Assembly (NCBI GenBank): GCA_044892525.1
Contig: CM097887.1
Location: 52,142,001-52,206,000 of the forward strand
Length of the DNA: 64,000 bases
Reading direction: 5' to 3'
Source: Schmidtea polychroa
Lineage: Eukaryota
In this document: positions 1-12,513 of the stretch, in pieces
Layout: every line of letters begins with the position of its first letter
Numbering within the stretch: the stretch's first letter is position 1
The notes under the pieces: model-generated
Told to the model about the DNA's origin: nothing
Database searches by the model: none
The model's input: the letters and a program-made list of their open reading frames with translations, nothing else
Program-made: the position numbers and the translations under genes

Positions 1-119
1 ATTTTTCCCCCGCTATCTGGACAATCCTGTCCAGATAACGAATTAATTATTTTCCTGGCTCTTTTGTGCCTGACTTATATCATCTTTTTTTTATTTGGCG
101 GTCTACCTTATTTGCAGAT

Positions 120-353
120 TGTTAATAATAAAAACTCAATTATCTAAAAATATGTTTAAAATACAAATTGTTGCCTAAATCTGCCTAATTCTTAAAACAA
201 CCGATTTAAATGGCGAATTAATTAATTTAATAATAATGATAATTATGCGTGCCAACATTTATACTTACTATACTTTTACTATATAATAGTATTTGATACT
301 TATAATACAATATATATTCTATTTATAAATTAATTATTTAAATATCCCTAACA
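120..353 (-). repeat. 3' LTR of the Gypsy element (234 bp)
   Basis: TGTTA...TAACA termini; preceded by TSD CAGAT; the integrase stop codon overlaps the LTR start. Confidence 0.85.
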
Positions 354-823
354 TCTCCTCTGTTTAAAAGGTTTTAGCCATTCAACGTTGCGAACTATCA
401 TTTTTCCATCTCTGTCTCGTAATTCATAACTATTTGCATGGATCTTTCTGACAACGACAAAAGATCCTGTATATCGGTCTTCTTCTTTCTTTCTTAAATC
501 TACTTTAACTAAAACTTCTTCATTTATATCGAATTCACGGTGTATCCGGTTCTCATTTTTATAATTTAAATTTCGTTGTTTTGATTGCACTTCCTCCACT
601 ATTTTACTTCTATCGTTGTATATTCTTTTATTATTGTTCCATTCTCTAGATATCCGAAAACCAAATACTGCTTCTGATGGACTCTTTCCAGTTGTGCTTT
701 GGATAGTAGCATTTAAAGTAAACTCAATTTCAGGTAACACTTCAACTCAATTCCTCCTTAGTTTATCTCTTAATGATGTACTGATAAAATCTTGTATTGT
801 TCGAAATTGTCTTTCAATCAAAC

Positions 824-1694
824 TGTAATGTACAGTTATTTTTGTTAATATTTTAGTGTTCACAATTAGGAATTGTGAATACTAAAATATAAAATGCCAC
901 CATCTGGGAAATCCAGATTTTCAAGAAAACTATATAGCGATAATTTGCTATAGTAAATTATCGCTATAGTAAATTAGAAAAATTAAAAAAATAAATCAAT
1001 AACCAATAAAAGAGTTTAAAGATATCAAAGCTAAATTAGCAGAATAAACAATTTAAGATTATATCAAGGATATATCAGAAAATCATTCGTTGGACTCTTA
1101 TCAAAGAAAGGAGAACAAACAATCTTAACAACTATTATATTGGTATAATATCGGAGAGGTAGGACGATTACGAAACGAAAGAAAAGAGGTCTGTAGACTG
1201 ATAGAGATCCCCAATAACGAATATAATTTTTTATCCTAAATACATTCTTGCGCAACGCAATCTAAAAAGTAAATTAAAGGAAGCGAAAGAAAAGAAATTG
1301 AGAGACCGGCAGAGATTATTATTAAAGCTACTGACTTTGGTTCAAAAATAAATTACTCAAAAGATTGATTAGAAAAACAACTCGAAATTACAGCAGAAAT
1401 ATTATAAAAGAAATACTCCATATACCACTTTTCTATTCTGACAGTATTACGGAATCCCCAGTAGACAAGGTTCTTAATTTTGTTTAAATAAACGTTTTGG
1501 TACAATATATTATTGTTTATTATTATTTTTATTTTATTTGCTATTGTCGTACAAACAAACTCAACACGCACCCCGACTGTCCCGCCACAAGTTTTAACGG
1601 AGACTCTTTCGGGCTCATCAAATTTCTATAACAATAACAATATAATATAACAATTTCATACCACATTCAAATATAATAAGAACATAATATAACA
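824..1694. mobile_element. Solo LTR (871 bp) inserted in the Gypsy integrase
   Basis: TG(824)...CA(1694) with 5-bp TSD CAAAC at 819-823 and 1695-1699. Removing it rejoins integrase as ...YHHNTNG/LIERQFRTI. Confidence 0.88.
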
Positions 1695-2715
1695 CAAACC
1701 ATTAGTGTTATGATGATAAGGGCTAGAAAATTGTAGCTGTATATTGTGATTCTTAGCAAACTCTTTTATCAAGTTATTTTCAAATGTTTTTCCACAATCA
1801 ACATGAATAATTCTTGGTGCCCCGTATTTTAATATCCAGAATTTCACAATAGTATCCGCTGTAGTTTTTTCGTACTGCTTGCAACTGCTGTCAGTGAAAT
1901 GTATCGACTACACATATCTATAATTCCCAAAATACATTTCTTTCCATGAATGTTTGCCTGCAAAGGTTTACAAAAATCTATCGCTATAACCTCAAACGGT
2001 TCCGCCACTTGTGTTTTTACAATTATTTCTTTCGTTTTTGTTGTCAATGTTTTTCGTTTCTGACATATTTCACAACTTTGTATATATTGAGTCGCGATTG
2101 TATTTAATTCCTCCATATCTTAATTGACTTTCATATAATCGATTGCCTTCTTACATCCAGCGTGACACAGCATTTTGTGCATGTCTTTGACAAATTATAT
2201 TCTATTTTCTTTTGGGATCCAAATTTTATTTTCTCTTGTTAAAATTAAATCTTCGTTGATTTTAAATCTCGTAGTTTCATTTTGCTTTTCTCATATGTTC
2301 TATCTCTTCATCACCTTTTTGCCATTGCAACTCATGTTTAGTAGCTGTCATCTGGTTTTTACTTTCTGTCTTTGCATCTTCATGAATTTCCATACACTGT
2401 GTACACATTTATCTCTCGATAACGCATCAGCGTTCGAATGGTCAATTCCTTTTCGATATTTAATATCCATATCTAAACTACTCAAGAAGTTTATCCATGT
2501 CTGAAATTGTGCCGTTATAGGTTTTTTAGTTGTCATCATAAATGTTATAGCCTTGTGGTCCGTTCTTAGCTGGAATCGCTTGCCGTAAAGATAGTGCTTA
2601 AAATGTTGTGCAAAGTAATAAATTGCTAAAAGTTCCTTTCTCGTGATACAGTATCCCATTTCATGTTTACTCATCGTATGTGAACCATAGGCAATAACAC
2701 GTTCATTACCTAGAT

Positions 2716-3416
2716 CAGGGCTGGGGAACCTTTTCATTTCAAAAGGCCACATTCACTTATCTGATTTAACATAAGGCCTCAGTAAATAAAACGTTAACCC
2801 CCCCTATAAACTATTTATTTTAATTCACATTATAAATTAGCCAAAACGCAATTTAAAATAATCTTTTATGAAAAATATATATATTTACAAATCTAATTTA
2901 TTATATTGTATATTGTTAAAAAAATGTTANNNNNNNNNNNNNNNNNNNNNNNNNNNNNNNNNNNNNNNNNNNNNNNNNNNNNNNNNNNNNNNNNNNNNNN
3001 NNNNNNNNNNNNNNNNNNNNNNNNNNNNNNNNNNNNNNNNNNNNNNNNNNNNNNNNNNNNNNNNNNNNNNNNNNNNNNNNNGTTAATGTTTCATTTTATC
3101 AACTTTTAATGGCTTATTTGTTTCTGCTTTTTGTTAGAAAGCATTTGAATATTCGGTTCAAGCATAGACTTTCGCAGTATCAGTTGGTCTTCTAAATGTT
3201 GATCAGTTATTTGAGTTCGTAATTTGGACTTTATTTGCGTTAAATAAGAAAATGATGATAAAAAAAGTGGAAAAAGAAAGTTTTTTGAAAAAAAATCATT
3301 TAATTATTTTACTTAAAACAAAAGGTAGTATGTTTTTCCGTAATTTCTTCTCATCATAAATCTTATCAAATACAAAAATCGGTATTACTCAAAAGGCCGC
3401 AGATTCCCCACCTCTG
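2716..3416. mobile_element. Non-autonomous hAT (Charlie-type) element inserted in the Gypsy RNase H
   Basis: TIRs cagggctggggaa / ttccccacctctg; 8-bp TSD acctagat / acctaaat. Removal rejoins GAVLS*IDDLG/NERVIAYGS. Contains an N gap. Confidence 0.85.
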
Positions 3417-5267
3417 ACCTAAATCATCAATCTATGACAAAACAGCTCCTATGGTGTCGAAACTAGCATTCGTATCCAAAATAAATTCTTTCTCATAATC
3501 AGGATATATTAGAACTGGTGTAGTTGATAGTGCTTTCTTCAATTCTTCAAAACTTTCTTGACATTCATGTGACCAAACTAACTTGCCTTTATTGTTTCCA
3601 CACATCGATTCTAATATTCTTGCGAATTTTGAATAATTCTTTATAAATTTTCTGTAATAATTACACAGTCCTAAGAAACTCCTCAATTGTTTTAAACATT
3701 TTGGTCTTTGAAACCCTTTTATTCATTAATTTTTAGAATGTAGCTGGAGTGGCGGCAATCCCGAATGGCATCCTATTAAAACAGAACTGCCCAGATCTTG
3801 TAGAGAACGCTGTCTTTTCTTGCGAATTTGCTGTCAATTCAACCTGATAATACGCACTTCCCAGATCAATGGTGCTAAAGTACATTGATCCATTTAATGA
3901 ATCTAACATCTGTTCGATATTTGGCATTGGGAAGATTTGTCTTTCTGTCATTTTATTTAAACTTCTAAAATCTAAACATAATCGAATATCATTTTTCTCC
4001 TTCTTCCAGACACATATTAACGGCGTATTCCATGGTGAGTCACACTTCCTAATTATGCCTTTTTCTTCCAAATTTTTAATAGCTTCTTCAATCTTTTCTT
4101 CTAGATGGGCTGGTTATCTTCTTGGATTCAAATGGATTGGTCCTTCCAAAGTTTTAATATCATGCTTTAATAGATTGGTTTTGCCTATATCCCAATTATC
4201 TATCATAAATACTTCGGCATTTTTTTTATTACTCCATAAAGCTTGTTGTCACACCTTAATCCTATTAATTCTATTGCTCTTTTAAATCGAAGTTCATCGC
4301 TCGTTCTTTTCCCAAATTTGGCTTCAATGTTGCATATTTCCATATTATTATATTCGCTTGCATTTGCGCTGTTATTTCCGATAATTTTCATTAGTTTTAT
4401 GTCAAACCTACGTAATAAATCGATTCTTCCAATTATCGATGGAAATACATTGTCAACTACTACAAAAACAATATTTTCTTCTCTACTTCCTATATTTATT
4501 CTAAGCTTGATTCTTGCCAAAGCTTTTAATGGACTACCATTTGCGCACCAAATTTTGTCTCCGTTTTCGTTTAAAACTGGATTTCCGATCTCTTTTATAA
4601 TCGAACTATCAATCACATTCATTCTAGCTCCTATGTCCAACAAACAATTCTTAAAGTAATTATTTATGCCTATTATTACACTTGGACGTCCACCCATTTT
4701 ATCATAAACAATATAATACTGATCCTTCTTCAAATTTGTTTCACTTCTATTTTGTATTCTACAGTCACATACATCAAATATTCTATCCTTTTCATTATGT
4801 GCATATTTTCTGCTTTTTTTATTTTTTTACGTCATCTATCGATAAAATCTGAGAACAATTATTTTCACATTTTTTTTTATTATTGTCATCAATTTTTATT
4901 TTTTTAAATTGTTTTCATTCGGCATATTTAAAATAATTGCATCATGAATATCCGTAACTTTATTTTTACCGACTTTTTATTTCTTACATTTTCTATTATT
5001 TCACATTGATTCGCTTTGTTAAAATTTGTTTCCAGCTCATTATTTTTTTCAACTATATCGATATTTCCTACAATTATACTGCTACAATTATTTCTAATTA
5101 CATTATTCTCATCCAACATTTTATTATTTACTTTATTTAAATTATCTACGAAAGGAATTATACTATTCACATTATTATTAATATTTTCTACATTATATAC
5201 ATTATTTACAAAAGGAATTATACTATTCACTTTACTACTAATACTATTAATATATATCTACTTATAC

Positions 5268-6296
5268 AATTATGCCGTTCAGACACGATGGCCAAATGCA
5301 CAGGTGACTTGTTGTTTTTTCCATCTTGATCAAAATATGTGGAAGAAGATAAACGAACTTGGGCCTAGCGACTTTTTACAGAAACGATGTAGAGAATGCC
5401 ACCAAGCTCAAATGATTCCAGCATTGGCCTTCGTTCCGCCAGCAGATGTGATTGACAGTTGGGATGCGCTTCTACTGATCTTACAACCGTGGATACAACA
5501 GCAAACACAAGACATTCAAGGCAGAATCGATGATCTGTTAATGTATTTTGAAGTTGATTATATCGGCCAAAATATTGCAGGTGTGAGACGTGCAGCGAGA
5601 GTTGCTGCAATTGTGACGTGGAATGTAAGAGAACGCACACTTGAAAATTATGGCCGAACAGACAATGAGGTCGAAGGGTTCCACATGAAAATTGCACACA
5701 CAACAGGGGCACAGTTTCCAAACTTAAGGAAATTCTTCAAAGGACTTTAAGGTCTTCAGCTTGAAACGGAAAAGTTAATACAGAAACTAAATGCCGGAGT
5801 TGTAGGGAGAAAGAAACCCGAATACGTTAGACTTTCGGAGAGGATCGCTAATGTTACGGCTACATGGCCAAACAAACAAAATTTGGAAACCTTTTTGATC
5901 GGAATATGTCATAACTTTTACTACGGTGGTCAATAAAATGTTTGTTCTCCTACAACGTTTTTATCACTTGTTTTACTACGTTTCGTTGTATATTACAAAT
6001 TCTCTAATACATTTCTACTTTCTAACATTTTTTTTGATTATTAAAAATCATTATTATGCTAAAAAAAATTTTGTTGTAGCGTTAATCTTACAAAACTCGT
6101 ATCAATTAGCATTTTTTACACCATTCTAAATTTAATTGATAAAATTTCATAATAAAAAAAGGAATTTAAAGATTAAGCTGGCATGCAGTTTATAAATTTC
6201 AGTTAGTTTACGAGAACACAGAGAAAAGATAGTGAACCAATTGTCCTGAACGAAATGTCGATGAACCATAAGTCAGTGAACCACTTGTCGTGATAT
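5268..6296 (+). mobile_element. Mutator-like (MULE) transposon, 5'-truncated
   Basis: VTCCFFHLDQNMWKKI (CxxH), LAFVPPADV, TWNV...GRTDNEVEGFH (RTNNxxEGxH-like). 14-15-bp subterminal repeats gaacca...gtc at about 6233-6292 abut the truncated LTR. Confidence 0.82.
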
Positions 6297-6392
6297 ATTT
6301 ATACCTATTATACTTTTAATATATAATAGTAATTGACACTTATAATACAATATACATTTTTTTATAAATTAATTATTTAAATATCCCTAACA
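6297..6392 (-). repeat. Truncated 5' LTR of the Gypsy element
   Basis: Direct repeat of 257-353 ending TAACA and followed by TSD CAGAT; left part replaced by the MULE end. Confidence 0.85.
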
Positions 6393-6639
6393 CAGATTAT
6401 ATTAATTTTTTTTGATTGGTTCCCGGAATGTCAATCGACATTCCGGGATATACATTTTCTGCTAATGCAAAATTTTTATTTTATATTTTATTTTAATTTA
6501 TATTTGCCGCAAAAAAAATTTGGATAAACGAAGATAATTTAATTTCGCTAACAGGTAATTTTTTTTGAATGATTTGGACATAATTCATTTCCATCAACAG
6601 TCAACCTCCAACCCCCAATCGGAAATTTTCCTATTATTA

Positions 6640-7760
6640 ATCTATTATTATTGACATTATTTATTGAAAAATGCATATTAACGTAGAGTATTTTTTTTGA
6701 GTTTATATTAAGTAATAATAATAATAGTAACACTAATTACAATAAAATNNNNNNNNNNNNNNNNNNNNNNNNNNNNNNNNNNNNNNNNNNNNNNNNNNNN
6801 NNNNNNNNNNNNNNNNNNNNNNNNNNNNNNNNNNNNNNNNNNNNNNNNNNNNNNNNNNNNNNNNNNNNNNNNNNNNNNNNNNNNNNNNNNNNNNNNNNNN
6901 NNNNNNNNNNNNNNNNNNNNNNNNNNNNNNNNNNNNNNNNNNNNNNNNNNTAATATTACTACTTATAACTCTAATAATAATAATACCAATGATAATTATC
7001 ACAATAATATTTTTACTTATAATAATATTAACCAATATCATATATTAACCAATCGCCTACCTAGGTAGACACAATTTTCTTCAGCAATTTTTACAGTAAG
7101 TAACGATTCATCAAGTGTCATTTTTTTCTAAAAAGTTGCAATAAAAATGCCAGGAAACTAAATTGAAACAGTATGACTCAGCTACTGATGGACTTGATTG
7201 ATGATTGTAAGCCTATTTTTTCCCTTTTAATTTTTTTTAATAATGTTGCAATAGAAAAATAAGGAAAAGCCGACAATAGACAGAAACCAAACCAAAACCA
7301 GCGATGATCTCACTCACCCAACAGATCCTAATGACTACTGCCACCCGACACAACCAGCAGCATCAACCCAATCAAAACAATTACTGAATGTTGCTCTTGT
7401 TCCGAACCTTGAATGGCTATGTTCTATTACTTAATTTATAATTTTATTCTATTTTTCTCTTTTTTTTACAATAACAATCACACTTAATAATAAGTAGCAA
7501 NNNNNNNNNNNNNNNNNNNNNNNNNNNNNNNNNNNNNNNNNNNNNNNNNNNNNNNNNNNNNNNNNNNNNNNNNNNNNNNNNNNNNNNNNNNNNNNNNNNN
7601 NNNNNNNNNNNNNNNNNNNNNNNNNNNNNNNNNNNNNNNNATAATAATTATCACAATATTAATATTAATACCTATAATAATAATGACAACATTAATAATG
7701 ATAATTATATACATGATGATAATAATCGCGATTCTTAATGTGATATTTTATTTTATAATG
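6640..7760. repeat. Degenerate (ATA/ATT)n low-complexity tracts flanking two assembly gaps
   Basis: Runs such as aataataataatagtaac, ataataattatcacaata and taataatgacaacattaataatg on either side of the N runs. Confidence 0.7.
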
Positions 7761-8699
7761 ATACCATCAATACGTAATACTCTGTTTCAATGAATATATT
7801 TTTAATTTTGTATTTTATTTTATTCCTATTTTCCCCATATATTTGATTCACCACTAACCCTAGGCATTTAACATACTCAAAGTTATCATATTCACTAGTT
7901 ACGTCAGCGCTGCAGGCGGGTATGATAATTTATCATGGGAGCCTCAAGCATCGAAGTTTGATGCTTGGGATTTTCATGATGTTTAGTAATCTAAATTTCA
8001 CATATTTTACATATATTTTATTTATACATATACATATATATTCTGAGTCACTTCAGAATGGATTTGTACTACAGCTTATTCGTATTGAAATTATGATTAT
8101 ATTTATTGCTTTTTCATGGTTACTCAGGTTAACGGATATTTCACTTTATTATTTACATAATATTTTACTTTATTATCAGACATTCTATTTGGATATTATT
8201 ATTATTTTTGGCCTCAATTATCAAACATTTATTCGGATCTCTTATTACTCTTATTATTCCTATTCGCATATTTTATTATTTAAAGAAAATTTTGGTCATG
8301 CAATCAAAACACATTTTGGAAAAATAAATTTTTATTCAGGTAATACAATTTTTATTTTCTTTGTTTCTCTTTGGTAGGTGGCCAAAATTTTCTTGAGTTT
8401 CCATTCTTCTCCATTAATAATGATTGTATTCTTCGCCGGAGTTTCCTCAATTGCCGTTTGTGTTTCTGTATCTTTGAGTCTTCGCTTTGCCATTCACTTT
8501 ATGCGAAGCTCCTTTTTCCTCGCCATTTTCAATTTCTTTTCCATTGCCACAGTGCTTTATACCATTTGATGTTTCGCATCGATTTAATGCTATGGAAATT
8601 TGGTTCCAGCTCTTGTATCTCAACACCCTTTTTCTCCTGTGGTTCTTCCGATTTGTCTTTTTCTGTAATCATCTAAAGAGCATGTTTTCTTGATCACGT

Positions 8700-9190
8700 G
8701 TTCATCGTAGACAATGTCATCTTTCCATTGACTTTCGATAGCCAAATAAATTCTTCTAACTGCGTCGGTATCTTCCAATGCAGAGTGATTTCCTTAATGC
8801 ATTTTTATCCCGCACAGTTCTTCAGCCACGATTGATACCTTGAACCATTGTCTATTGATGGTAATTTTTCTTTTAAATAATTCATGGGCTCTTGCTAAGT
8901 CTCTTATACTCCATAGTTCGTTTGGGTTGTTTCCACTGTATCTTAGTTCATTTTGTAGGTCATGTTTTACCAATATTTTCCTCGCCGTTAGTTCCCGAAT
9001 TTTCTTTTGACTTACATCTTCTTGGTACATAGACATTTTATCAGTAATGCCGTGAACCTGTGTGACATAGTTTTTTATCTTTTCCCTAGGAGTTATTAAA
9101 GAATTATAAATTATTTTCCTTGTATATTCAATAAGGCATATTGCCAGTGGAATCATTCGATTGTCCTCGCTCACCCCGTATTGGGTACTT
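8700..9190 (-). pseudogene. Intronless DEDDh 3'-5' exonuclease pseudogene, REX4/ISG20-like
   Basis: KIIYNSLITPREKIKNYVTQVHGIT, KILVKHDLQNEL (decayed GHxLxND) and, after an in-frame TAA, GNHSALEDTDAVRRIYLAIESQW (ExoIII HxxxxD). The ExoI DxE motif is not readable. Confidence 0.72.
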
Positions 9191-10872
9191 TATTTTATTC
9201 GGATATGTTATAACAATAAAATTTAACAAAAGGGTAAATTATTAATTTTATCTCACACAGTTTAATTAAAAAATAAAATCATTAAAAAACATATTATTAA
9301 AGTCTAGGAAATCAAAATAAATTATTAAAAAATCACGCGAATATCTGCTTTTACAATATAATAACGTAAAAAGTATTGCAGTAATCTTACATACGCAAGC
9401 ACTACATAACATACGAACACCAACATATTTCTTACAAGCAGTTTTTGAATTAATTGTAGTATGAATCAATTGTGCAAATTAATCAATCTTGAATTGGAAT
9501 TGTTTATTTTCGGTAAATTTTATTGCTAATAAATATTTATTACGACTTATCTTCATTTATTTATATAAGAACCAGTAAAGTTGAGCATCTCAAATATTGA
9601 GACCTCAACAACACAAAGGCGTAAATTATAACAAGATCATTTCGATTAGAAAATTTTGAAGTAGAAATTACTCTATTGTAAAGACGTAAATGTAAACATA
9701 ATCAAGATTAAAAAATTAATACAAAATTACCAAAAATGATTTAAAAAGCAGAATTTAGAAGCATTGATTGTTCTAGTAATTTTTTTAATGGGGAATTTTC
9801 GATTACACATTGTCATGGCATTTAAGATTTTATACTTAAGGTTTTATGGACCCCAGTATATTCAGACCCAAATACGCCACTGTTTTCCGTACGTTGGCAA
9901 TTCAAGGCATGTAGATGGATAAATATTTTTATTCTTAAATTATGATTTTTCATAATTCATCAAAATATTCGAGATTTTTAACTCGTTTTAAAATTTGTTC
10001 TAACATCCCATGCCTAATATTTAATTTTGAATTAGGTCATTTATTTTATTACCGGCACCAGAATAATAAATTTTTCCTTTAATATGAACATTTATTGTGC
10101 TAAATTTATATGAAAATTACAAGCATAAAATATTAAGAATATAAATATTATACAATTATAAGAAAATAATTAAATAAAATAGTGAAATTTTACCAGAATG
10201 GCAAGGCTACTGAAAATGAAAAATTGAGACAAATAAATCTAAAAGAAATTTATGATTTAATAATTTCAATTATAAACTTCAAATAATTCAAAAGTAAATT
10301 AGTATGAAGTCAAACAAAATACCATTTTAGTATTATTATATATTTGTGTATTTATTATCAACCAATAAATTTTGATAATTCGTACTAAGGTCTGATTTTA
10401 AATTATGTTATCAAATCGTAATATATTTAAGTAATCTAATCATTTAAACAATATATTAAACAATATATTATATATAATATTCATTATATTTGTGTTAGGA
10501 AATATTTTTACGATTATTGAAAATTGAAATTGAATTCTACAAGAAACATTTTTTCAAGGGTCTATTATAATATAAATTTAATCTTTAATTATTTTTTTTG
10601 AAGAAATAAGCAAACTTATAATGTAGAACTTCAATTCATAAAATAAAAATTATAAGATGTAATTTAAAAAGTCGTTTTTACTTTGGTCAATTTTTACCGG
10701 TCTTTCGTTATGATTTGCTTTGATGAGGGTGAAAAAAAATGTTGACAATTAAAAGGGCGAAAAACAAAAGAGAGATCATAATTACTATTATAATTAATAT
10801 TACTGTAAAACTGTGATTCCTGATTGACTATAAAGGCCGTGTTTGATTTATTACCATTACTACTATTGGTAT

Positions 10873-11844
10873 TGTTGGGGTTATAAAATAATTAAAATTA
10901 AAATTGAATTATATTTGAAATTAAAGGAAAGAGAGGAGGTTAAGACTGGTCAAGGAGGGAATTGACAATGCGAAGAAATAGAATGGGTAGAAAGACTCGA
11001 GAAGGTATATCACTATAAGGGAAAAGCACAAAAAAAGTAAATTTAGAAAAATCGATAAAAGATCCATAAATTCGAATTAATGTCTGGAAAGTTGGTCATG
11101 GGGAAACGATAGCGGGAATAACATGGTGATAACGGAATTTTCAGAAAGTGCTACGAAGAGTGCGAAAAGGTGCGTAAAAGAGGAAAAACAAGAAGATTAA
11201 ATTAATTAATTAGCTAGTAGAAACAAATCCCGAGTTGGGTAAACAAAGAGAAAAGTAAACAGAAAGAAGATTCGGGCCCCTTATCGTGTCACAGTGAATA
11301 TTGGGAGATGACCAAGAAAAAGAGTGTGTGCTGAAAGGGCCAGGTGTGCCATTAATTATCTTTGTTCGTTGAACCATTCTGGGTTACAGCCGAAGCAGAT
11401 ATGTGGAGTCGAATGTCAAGCGAGAGATCGGCTTGGCAATAACCATTTGTCATCCGGATTTCGAAGAGTATATAAGGAATGGGAAAATCAGAGCAATGCG
11501 GCATTTGCCTCAGCTAAGGAAGAGAAGAAACTCAGCGTAGGGTAATCAGGAAGTTAGGGAAACGAACGGTTAGAGTTAAGAAATATTTGAGACGTGAGAA
11601 GAAAATTGAATTGGAAGCGGACCAGATCAAATAGAAAAAGGTGTATAATGATAAAGATTTCGACAAAGCATCAGTGCCGAGCTGAGAACCGATTAAACTG
11701 GTAAAACTCTGTCGTTGATTGTATCTTTGGATTTTGAGAAATTTGTCATTCAAATATACGTTGGGTAGTTCATTGTTTTGTAATTTACGATTAAAAGGAC
11801 ACGTGGAGTTAGAAGTTACCTACTTGAATTAATAAAACCCAATA
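10873..11844 (+). mobile_element. Solo LTR (972 bp), Gypsy-like
   Basis: TGTTGGG(10873)...CCCAATA(11844, one mismatch to CCCAACA); 4-bp TSD GTAT at 10869-10872 and 11845-11848. Confidence 0.78.
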
Positions 11845-11933
11845 GTATTTCAGGTTTGATTATTTCTTTTATTATTATTGTTGCTACTTTGGTTCTGAGG
11901 ACATGATTTCAGGATATGCTCTTATTTTCCACA

Positions 11934-12260
11934 TCAGTGACCCTTTATTTTTACTGCTGAATTCACATCATTACGTTTCACCGAGTTGAAACTATTATTG
12001 TTTGTTTGTTGGTTTCTGGCCCTACAAACCGAAGCTACATGCCCTTTCTGTTTGCGTTTCTCACATTGCAAATTTGTGGCTCTACAATTTTCGGCTGTGT
12101 GATTATTTCTACCACATTTCATATACTAACTGCTTCTCTTCATCTCTATTGGCTTACGGCTATTGATTTCCTTAGCTATATGAAGCTTTTTATGACAATT
12201 GAAACAATCCACTGGTGATTTCTCACTATTTACCATGAACATAGTTGATTTCTTCAAAAT
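11934..12260 (-). pseudogene. LTR-retrotransposon gag fragment with three decayed CCHC zinc knuckles
   Basis: CFNCHKKLHIAKE, (Y)MKCGRNNHTAENC and CEKRKQKGHVASVC in one frame, with an internal stop. Confidence 0.7.
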
Positions 12261-12314
12261 ACTCTAATATGACTGTTTTTCTTGTTAGTTCTTCATAGCT
12301 ATCTCCTGATGACC

Positions 12315-12513
12315 CGTCAAAAAGGCCCTATAGAAAATGGCCCCAACAAAACGGCCCCGACAAAAAGACCCTGTCAAAAGAGACTCTGAAAAAACGGCTC
12401 TTGGCAAAACGGCCCCCGACATAAAAAACCCCAGCAAGAGGGCCCTTGGCAAAAGGCCCTCGACATGAAAGCTCCAGACAAAAAGGCCCTTGGCAAAAGG
12501 GCCCCTGTCAAAA
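12315..12513. repeat. Degenerate ~15-bp tandem array, probably a MULE-type subterminal repeat
   Basis: About 13 copies of caaaaaggcccc(g/t)ga-like units; the gag fragment ends at its left edge. Confidence 0.7.

Larger units (their letters stand above)
348..4733 (-). pseudogene. Gypsy pol pseudogene (protease, truncated RT, RNase H, integrase)
   Basis: Protease LLDIGA...SIIGRIDLL (4203-4733). RT SPWNTP...RLCLDFRSLN...STIDLGSAYYQ...MPFG (3733-4071), with the YxDD region deleted. RSFLGLCNYYRKFI (3432-3686). RNase H ELLAIYYF...TDHKA...NADALSR (2348-2752). Integrase IAIDF, IHVDCG, SPYHHNTNG, IERQFRTI, and a GPY/F-like YTGSFVV (348-2116). Stops and frameshifts throughout. Confidence 0.93.
120..6392 (-). 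mobile_element. Ty3/Gypsy LTR retrotransposon, degenerate, with three nested insertions
   Basis: 5-bp TSD CAGAT at 115-119 and 6393-6397. Left LTR runs TGTTA(120)...TAACA(353); 257-353 recurs at 6297-6392 with about 7 substitutions and 1 indel. Protease-RT-RNaseH-integrase order on the minus strand is Gypsy-type. A purine tract (aaacagaggaga, minus strand) abuts the 3' LTR. Confidence 0.92.

Noticed and set aside
5016-5750. 244-aa + strand ORF
   Set aside because: Chance fusion of the antisense strand of the Asn-rich gag tail with a MULE transposase fragment; not a gene.
9874-9886. Isolated hAT right TIR aaatacgccactg
   Set aside because: No partner TIR or TSD found upstream (it could lie in a gap), so boundaries cannot be defined.
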